Positions 55,581-64,000 of a stretch of 64,000 nucleotides of DNA are shown here, piece by piece (position 1 is the first letter of the stretch; each line of letters begins with the position of its first letter). Source of the stretch: Takakia lepidozioides. Taxonomy: Eukaryota; Plantae; Bryophyta. Location: the NCBI GenBank assembly GCA_030704615.1, contig CM060732.1:24118001-24182000 (forward strand), in the 5' to 3' direction. The notes under the pieces are model-generated. The model made no database searches and was not told the origin of the DNA. It saw nothing but the letters and a program-made list of their open reading frames with translations. The translations under genes were made by a program, and so were the position numbers.

Positions 55581-56149
55581 AAGCAACTTTGGTGCTGACA
55601 AGTTGGGCCGCCCAAGACGTTGAGGAACCAGCAGCAAGGAATTTACATGACACTCTTCCACAATATTTGGTTGTCATATGAACCTTTGTGAATGATCCCT
55701 AAATATTTTGAAACATAATTCACATGTTTCATTGAAATCCAACCTTATTCCATTCAACGTTTAAACCATCAATTGAAAACTTGCAATATATTGGTTCATG
55801 GTACTACTATACTGTAAGCATGGTATGGATGTTTACTTTTCATTTGTATATTATCTTCTTGAATCATCTGTTTATGTCATACATCTATCAATTTATTAAT
55901 AACTTCATTCAATCGATCTTATCTTTATAATTTTCTGATGCAAAGTACGTCATTCGACTTACATTCGATGTTAAATGAATGGGATTGTGCAACTTCACAA
56001 TTAAATGACTCAATATTCCACGATATTATTATTAATACCTGAAATTAATTTTAATTATGTTATATATTAAGTTTGGTCCGGATTTAAGCCAAAAGTCCGG
56101 AATTACTTAAAATAGGGTTCACAATGGCGAAGAGATAAGAAAAGAATGC

Positions 56150-57160
56150 TCTAAGTAACAAAGACTTAGAAGTACATAAGCTCAAGGCTGAGCTCAAAGA
56201 CCAAAATCAAGCTGGACTTTTGATTTGGAGACGTGCAATTTGTGACGACGTCAGTTAATGTTAGGAGCGTCGGATTCAGCTGATGATTTGCCAATCCCAA
56301 TGGAGGACGTCATGCCAAGAGACTCTAGAGTTAAAGAGCCTAGAAGAGGAGGTCGCCCTTAGCCTAGGTGAGGTCGAATTCTGAGAAAAGTTGTTCACGC
56401 CTTCTTTCGCTCCACCTGCTAGAAGTTGTTTGCAGGGACACCCATGCCTTACGCCCCTCAGTCATCAGATCCGAAAACAATTTGTAAAGAATTAATCTGA
56501 TGCTGGGGCGCTTCCTTTTGAAAATCAAACTACATCTAGCCTTCTAGATTGACCAGAGAGTATGAGCTCTAAGACAAGCCCAGACTAGAAAATTGATCCA
56601 AGTGGACCCATTATACAGATTGAGTAGCAGAAGGGGAGCGACAAGGGTGGCAGTGACTTCCAATTAGCGTAGAAGCTTGTCACAAGATGTCATGCTCTTG
56701 TGGAGAGTTGATAGTCAATCAAACAATGCTTAATGGTCTCACTAATATCGCAATTGCAGACCATGTAGGAGGGGTCCTCATCAGGGAAGGTCACAGCCAC
56801 TGGAAGGATTTGGTTGGCCAGCTTCCAAAGAACATCACTAATTTTTGGTGAACATTGCTTGGCCCAAATATCTTTCCACACACAGTTCTAGCCTTGGATC
56901 TGCAGAGCAATGTTCCATTTGCTATTTCACTTGGTTGTGAGGTTGGCTTGTCCTAGAAGCAGCTTGTACCCCGTCTCCATAGTGTAATCTAGAAGGGGGG
57001 GTTTCATACCGTCCATCCACGACCCTTCGCCCGGGTCGAATTGCAATCTCCTGAGAGGGAGGCGTAAAACCTGATGAAGAAGGTTCTTGAGCCCAGCAAT
57101 ACTCATCGCCAGGAGGAGGCCTGGCCCTGCTACCATTCTGGCTATTTTTCTTGTTTTTCG
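56150..57160 (-). mobile_element. L1-type LINE ORF2 3' remnant (zf-RVT region)
   Basis: WKDIWAKQCSPKISDVLWKLANQILPV...VCNCDISETIKHCLIDY matches the zf-RVT pattern of plant LINEs. Confidence 0.72.
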
Positions 57161-57428
57161 TGCTATAAAAATTCAGGGCTTTCATTAAGAACAAAAAAGT
57201 GAATATCTCCTTTTTTCAGATTTTCTGATCTGTCATGGGAAAAAAAAAAAAAAACTTTAGTAGGCTAGCCGCGCGGTATTTTGCACGGGCGGAGGATATC
57301 TAGGTTTTGGGTGCAAGAGGAAGTGAAGCCGTAGCTTCGCTTCGCTTTGCTTCACACTCTGTTGACTTTCGTTGGGGAAGCTACACACGCCCGTCGCTCA
57401 AATCTAAGAAAGAAGGCATCTGTGAGGA

Positions 57429-60400
57429 ATGGGAGGACAGCAACTACAGCAACGGCAGCTAGTGCTGGCTGTGGAGGGAACGGCCGCGTTGGGCTCATCG
57501 TGGCAAACCCTGCTGATCGAGTACATCGAGAAGATTGTCAGGTCTATTCTCTTTTCGCTTTTTTTTCCCACCGCCTCTCGCGGAATTTCTTATCCTATGG
57601 ATTTGTAACTGATCTGATAGGCAAGGCTGGGCACGCCTTGAGGGTAGCGACAACTGAATCATATTAAATTTGTTAGAATCAGTACACAACTTCAGAGCAA
57701 GATGCAAATCTGTAGTTCATGGAAATTTGGATGGGGAGAAATTGGACGGAATTCACCGTTAGCACTAGTCAGGGGTAACCAGTTGCCAGCAGAATTTCCT
57801 TGGCAGTTGCCCACCAAAAAGTCGGAGCAGCCATTGTGCCAGAAGGTGTTGTGATGGTCACTTGTGAAACATGTAGTGAATGTAAATGTCATTCCTTGAA
57901 CATAATTGGCAGTTTGTGAACTGTTTGACAGACACTGGAGAGAGATTGCATTCAAATAACACAGTCCTTTGTCAACTTCCATTAGTTCTCATTGGTGGTC
58001 AGCAATTTTTTTAATATCTTATGCCCTACTTGATGCCTAGAATGGTGGAGGCACCAAGGGCTTTGCTTATCTGAAATTAGAAAATTGGCATCATACGGAT
58101 CTCCCTCTTTAGTTGGAGCCTGCTTTCACAGTGTATTCAACTTTTGCTGCATTGCATTTCCGGGGAAGTCTCCCTGCTAGAAAACAAGAATGAAGTAGCT
58201 TTTACTACTTGTACACAATTCTTTTTTGTGGGGTAGTATTGAACCATATGGGCCATATGAGTAGATTACTGGGTTCGAGAGTGATTTTCTTCAGTCACTG
58301 ACCACACCCTGGAGTTGGGGTCACTGACCTTGCAACTTTTCACTGTTTTGCATTTTAGTTGGAAAGCATCCCTGGTAGAAAAATTAAAAGTGATTGATGT
58401 ACATTTGAGTTTTAGTTGCTAGGGTAAGTTTGAACTAAACTGGCCACATGAGTCTATTGACCGCAGAGTTTATAGGCATTGTTTAAGTAGTGGAGTCTTT
58501 AATGTGAGCCAAGCCCTGATTGTATGGTTTCAATTTTCTGTTCTGACTTTTTCTAACCTGGTATCTGCCTCTCACCATGCGCACTTAAACTAGGATTACA
58601 TTGAATTCCAGGACACTTGACACTTGGAAATCTCATAGTGTGTGGTGCACAGCTTGGACTAAATAGGTGCTATAACAGCCTCTCAGTGGGCCTGAAACAA
58701 GGTGACTTGGCTGCCGGTCTAGAAAAGCAGGCTCTGCTTGAAACATTTCAATTTCACTAATCTTCCGGAGTACTTCCACCTGTTACTGGAAATTAAGTTA
58801 TTGGGCTCACATAGGGCAGAAGGACATTTGATTTTTCTTACGGTGCCAGATCAATTTTGAAAGTTTCCAGTAGATGGCTATAAGGTGTGCAGTTTTCCTC
58901 TGAAATGAGGATGTTGCAGTGTAGATGTTCAAGCATTGTTTGATGGATATGTGATTTGGCTTGTATGTGGTGAACAGAGCCTTCTGCGAAGAAGCAAATG
59001 GCCAGGTATGCATACTCCAATTCTCCTCTTACTCCTACCTGTCATGATGATAAGTCCCAGCAGTTTGTGATTAGATTCATTGTTTTGCACTGCAGGATCA
59101 GGGTTGCTATGTATTTTTTAGATGATGCTTTTTAAATGTTTGACTCGTGGGTATCTTTGTTTCAAGATATCTTTGTCTGCACTTTGTGCAGAAAGCTCCT
59201 GGCGAGATGGCATTGGTTGTGTTCTACAGTCATGGCCCTCACACCGGTAAGTGAATAGTTTCAATGCTGCTGCAGATGTGTTCAGCAGATGTCGCTGACT
59301 TGTAGTTTCAGCTGGGAGGGATGCACTCTCTGACCATTGCTGGCGAATGTTGGGTACTGAGTACGTTTGAGGGCATAGTCCCTGTGGCACATCAACTCTT
59401 CTAGAGCTAGTTAGGGTGTTTCTGCCCTCCTTGGTACATGAGACCCAATCCTCGAAGTTGCTTTAGTGCTTGCCCATAGGTTCCAACAATCTGGTTTCAG
59501 GGAATTGAGTATTGCTTGATGCATGTAAGGTGGTCAGTCTCATTCCAGCACTCGACCCTCCTTGAACTCGTCGGGGAGTCTCAACCCACCACGGTTTGCC
59601 CTCAACATTGGCTGTGGCTTTTCAACCAGTGATCACATTGTTACGGCGAATGGACTGTTGCTTAACGGCTGGCATTGATGTTGCTGATAAACTTGACAGA
59701 GGGCTCTTCTCACTCTGCCGGTCACACTACTCATGCCGTTCCCTGTGAATGTTGGGTTGCTATAGCCTTATGGCCATTTACCCCGCAGAAAATTTACCCA
59801 CAAGACCCTTTAGTGCGAAGAGATTGTACTCATAAGACGTTGTTTGCCGTAGCCTTGTGGCCATTGACCCCGCGCCCAGTTTGAGCGGGAACAAAAGGGA
59901 CAGAACCTACCTCTGTCAGGGGCTGACGTTGGTAGTAAGACTTACCTTCATATATAGAATTAATCCGGGTTTTCCAGATATCCTCTAGAAATCCCTTCAC
60001 ACAAGCATCAATCTGCTGTGTGTGATTTGCCCAAAAACTAGGCCTCAGGAGGGCCTGGGCTTTTGGCTCAGCCTCGAGACTTTCAAAGTTGGTAAACAGG
60101 GGTACAGGCACGATTCCCTTGATAGATTTGAAGAGAGCGTCTCTTTGGTGAGAGAACCCCGGACAGTGTATCAGAAAATGAAATTTAGTGTGAAGAGAGA
60201 GAGAGAGAGACATGTACTCATAAGACGTTGTTTGCCGTGGCCTTGTGGCCATTGACCCCGCGCTCAGTTTGAGCGGAACAGAACTACCCAGCTAATGTTT
60301 AGGAAGTACTTAGGCCATATACCTCATATACCACCTGAATCCATTTTCTGAGGCTGGGCTCAGCTCAATACAGATCCTATCACCTGAGAAATGCAGTAGT

Positions 60401-61280
60401 TAGAAGGAACCTCAGGCCCTCCTTGTGAGAAGCAAAGTTGTGATGGCCATCTTAAGCTGCTACATCATCCTTGCTCTTACAGCCTGAAGGTGGCTGCATG
60501 TTCCTTAGCATTGAATTCTCATGGTGACTTTGTGTAGAGTGTGGTGGCTGATGTGCCTAGCCATTTTCACAAGCTGAGTGTGGAAAGGTATGTACTAGAA
60601 GAGCCCTGAATCCTAATATCACACGTGGGGGTAGGCATAGAATAGGAAGGAAGAAATATGCTGTATTTCCCTCATGTAGGAAGAAAGAAATAGGATTTAA
60701 TGTTTTGATGAGAGAGAATGTACTCATTAGACGATTGCCGTAGCCTTGTGGCCATTGACCCCTTGCCCAGTTTGAGCGGAACACAAAGGGACAGAACCTA
60801 CCTTTGTCAGGGGCTGACGCCGGTAGTAAGACTTACCTTGGAATAAACAATTGATCCGGTTTTTCCAGATATCCTCTAGAAATCCCCTTACACAAGCATC
60901 AACCTGCCATGTGTGGTTTGCCCAATAACTAGGCCCCAAAAGGGCCTGGGCTTTTGGCTCAGCCTCGAAACTTTCAAAGTTGGCAACCAGAGGCACAGGC
61001 ACAATGCCCTTGATAGATTTTGAAGTGAGCATTACTCTGGTGAGAGAACCCCGGAAAATGAATCAGAAAATGATTATTGTCTTCAGGTTGCCCACACAAT
61101 GGGTAATTGCACTCTGTGTTTACTGTTCAAAGGTTGGCTCCCCGCCCCGACTTTAATTTTCAGTCTAGTGCCGAGAGTGGGTAGACCCTTGAGGTCATCC
61201 ATGATGTCCTCCCCCATGTCACAGACTGGAAACAAGTTCAGGGAAGTTTTGATGAGAGAGAGATTGTACTCATAAGACGT

Positions 61281-61333
<53 letters not shown>

Positions 61334-63545
61334 GTGCACTTCGATCTCCAGTGTCAAGTAATTGTGCAAAATGGGGGATGGAGGGGATGGCAGGATGCTT
61401 GCTGCAGCAGAGTGGGTGGACATCGAGCCTTGAAGTCTTCTTCAAATGGCTGTCATCCATTTCCTTTGTTGGTGCTGGTTTTGGCGAGGCTGCAATTGCA
61501 GAGGGCCTTGCAGAGGGCCTGATGGTATACAATCTTCTTCGTTTAAGCACCTACAGAGTTTCCATTTATTGTTTGCCCTAAATACAGTGCTGCACTGGAC
61601 TGTTGGTGTCGCTGTCAAGGAACACAAGTCAATTATCAGTTGAAGGTAGTGAGCTCTCTCTTCCTGTCTTTATCAAACCCTGCAGGGTGCAAACCCCACA
61701 AAAGGGGCTGAGCATGGGGTCTATGGCCACAAGGCTACAGGAAATGGCATTCTTGGTGTGGCATATCATGGCCACATTGCCAATTATGCAATCTAGATGG
61801 CTTGAGGTGCTGTGCTGGAATCAATCTTATACCTGCTTGTTGATGTCAATGTCAGTGAAATCAATACTTGATACCATGTAATCAAATGGTGTCGACTTGC
61901 TTGAATCGTATATACTTCGGTGTGCTGAAAGTCTAGAAAGTCTTAACATTTCCCTGGAACTCAACCCATAATTGCATGCCATCGGTAATATTACATGGAA
62001 CGGTCAATATGAGTAGATACACTTTCTGTCTTCCTCAGGTTACACTTAGAGGTCTATAAAGCATATCATATTTCGCCTCCCACTGATTCACAATTCCATC
62101 TGTTTGTCTCCTTTTGGCTTGACCACGACTGTTTGTCTTTTGACACCAGGGCAGATGTGTTGCCCAGGGCCTAATGTCCCCCCCCCGCCCCAGGGGATAG
62201 ATCGTCAGAAGCACTGCATTCTGGTTGCAGCATCAAATCCGCACCGTCTCCCCACGCCTGTGATCCGGCCCCCTGTCCCTGCTCTCATGCAGCAAAGCGC
62301 TAACGGGGAATTCCAGGCAGAACAGTGGTGGCTTGCTGATGGAGAAACAGTAGCCAAGGCTTTTCCTCAGGTACTGACAAAATGCATGCCACTTACTAAG
62401 ATTGGCTTCTTTTGGTAGGGCGCTGTTTGAGTTACTTTGAAGGTTCTATGCACTTGCATGATTATTACGTTTAGTTTCTGTAGAGCAAGTATTAATCTGC
62501 TCTTAGTAATCCATGTTGGTGCAATTGCACGGGTGCAATCTAAGGGCTTGAGGAGTGCAATCTTACTTTGTTCAGTCCTTGTGTACATCACAAGTAAACT
62601 CATTGATGGTAGCATGTGTTGCCAGTGATCCGGTAGGCCAGTCGGTAGTCTTGGATCAGCCAGGATGTGATGGGATGGATTATTTTGTGCAGTGCCACGT
62701 GTCTCTCTCAATCATTGCACCACGGCAGCTTCCATTGCTACGTGCAATCTACAATGGGGTTTGTTTTCCTGCTGCTTCTGCTCCCCTCATCGTTTGCTCG
62801 TTGCAGGAGTTTGCAGTTCTTCTACAGTGGCTGGTTCGCAATTTGGTTGGAGAGAGAGGGGTGGACAGAGACATAGACACTTCCGTAGTCAAAGTCTTTG
62901 CCATGCTACAAAGCTGGACCCCTGCATTTTTAACCCTATGGGACATTACAAGGGTGTGGCAATCTTCATATAGAGCTGCAATATGAAGCAGGTCCCATTT
63001 TGCTTAGTTGGTCTTTACTCCTAAATGGGCCTGGTTGCTCTGAGTACTGGAAAAGGATTAACACCTAACAACAGTGACATTTCCAAAAGGTGTCTGCACG
63101 ATTTGTTGCATCTGCATTTAAATGTGCCAGAAACCTCCTCTTTGGTGGGTGCAGCTCTCAGTTTTCCATGAGACCACTGATCAAAATACCATACTGGCCT
63201 GAGGGCTTCCATATCAGAGTTTGTGTTAGATCTGTTGTATCAGTGGCATGAAACATACACACTCACCCAGACAAAATTATACTGAGGAAAAATTATCTTA
63301 AACCTCATGCCAAATCATGCTGCAGGCCAAGCGCAATCCACGTGCTCTGGAGCCTGGGTCGGACACATCAAAGCAGTATCCTCAGCATTTGGTCCTACTC
63401 TCAGAGGGGTTTATGGAGGGTCGGATGGCCCTGCGGCGGGCTGTGGTGACATCTAATGCACTGGTGGCACCTGGGATAACTGCCAAAGTAGAACACCAAA
63501 ACGTGGCTCTGTCAACGCTCAGCAATCCCAGCCAGCCCCCAGCAG
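57429..63545 (+). CDS. MED25: Mediator subunit 25 (MED25/PFT1), N-terminal vWA domain; gene continues past the window end
   Basis: Exons 57429-57541, 58978-59005, 59192-59246, 61394-61524, 62155-62370, 62693-62758 and 63326-63545, all phase-consistent. Product: QLVLAVEGTAALGSSWQTLLIEYIEKIVR...ALVVFYSHG..CLLQQSGWT....WLSSISFVGAGFGEAAIAEGLAEGLM...HCILVAASNP, as in Arabidopsis PFT1. Confidence 0.93.
59755..61282 (-). mobile_element. Cluster of 5'-truncated non-LTR retrotransposon 3' ends in MED25 intron 3
   Basis: Long copies ~59825-60185 and ~60706-61075 (HFLIHCPGFSHQR...IWKTR C-terminal ORF2 motif). Short copies ~59755-59787, ~60193-60285 and ~61252-61282. Shared end gtcttatgagtaca followed by (CT)n on the minus strand. 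Confidence 0.75.
61285..61330. repeat. (GA)n microsatellite
   Basis: Direct reading. Confidence 0.95.
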
Positions 63546-64000
63546 GTAGTGTTTGACCTTCTGTTACTCCTGTAAGTTTAATGCAAATGAGGGTTGGACT
63601 GTGTGGAACCTCACAGCAATGTGGTAGATTGACATTCACTCTTTGCTCATCATGAGAGAGAGAGATAGATGTATGCTCATGACTAGTTGCTGCAAGTGTT
63701 GGCTATTATGAGGTACGCTTCAGGGCATAGTCCCCATTGGATACTCCTGGAGCATGTCGTGGGTTTTAGGTGTAGGAAACTTACATTGACAGTATACTAG
63801 AAAGCACGAGTTCGATTCCAGCACCGTTAACTGTAGTCCTTTACCTTGCAACAGCTTTGCTACACATGTTGCAGTGGCACTACACACAGAGACAACTAGG
63901 GACAACAAGCTTTCTGGCTTGCCTTAAAGTTCTTTTGGCTACACATTAGCCATTGCAATTATAAGCTACTCCAGGCATCCCCTGCTTGTGGGATTCTATT

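Noticed and set aside
42770-56112. Possible TIR pair (tgaatattcccgga vs tccggaattactta) bounding the DUF7869-like element
   Set aside because: The match is too short and imperfect, with no convincing TSD.
57347-57667. 106-aa ORF from the track
   Set aside because: Wrong frame; the MED25 first exon starts at 57429 in another frame.
60539-60588. AG/GT-bounded candidate extra MED25 exon
   Set aside because: Its 50-nt length would break the frame, and exons 3 and 4 already join to give the conserved PFT1-like sequence.

Overview
Eukaryotic nuclear DNA from a non-seed land plant, most likely a moss or other bryophyte (inferred from the 5S rRNA sequence type and the TE families). A compact island of four host genes lies at about 14.5-27 kb: an unknown membrane-anchored protein, a dienelactone hydrolase-family gene, an F-box/kelch gene and the spliceosomal helicase PRP43/DHX15. 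The 5' part of MED25/PFT1 runs from 57.4 kb to the window end. The rest is mostly transposon-derived. It includes a decayed hAT element ending right beside a 5S rRNA pseudogene, a Ty3/gypsy pol whose integrase ends in a PHD finger, and a large element-like block (about 27.6-42.7 kb) framed by arrays of GCGACCGCC-N4-6-GGCGGTCGC hairpins. Nested in that block is a chromovirus LTR retrotransposon with an apparent self-priming PBS and a -1 frameshift signal. Further right are a tRNA-derived SINE, an OSB-like (PDF-motif) pseudogene carrying a PPR fragment, a DUF7869/Sola-like transposase, a MITE and LINE remnants. Exon coordinates were read by eye from GT/AG sites and frame continuity. Family assignments rest on recognised motifs; no database searches were run.
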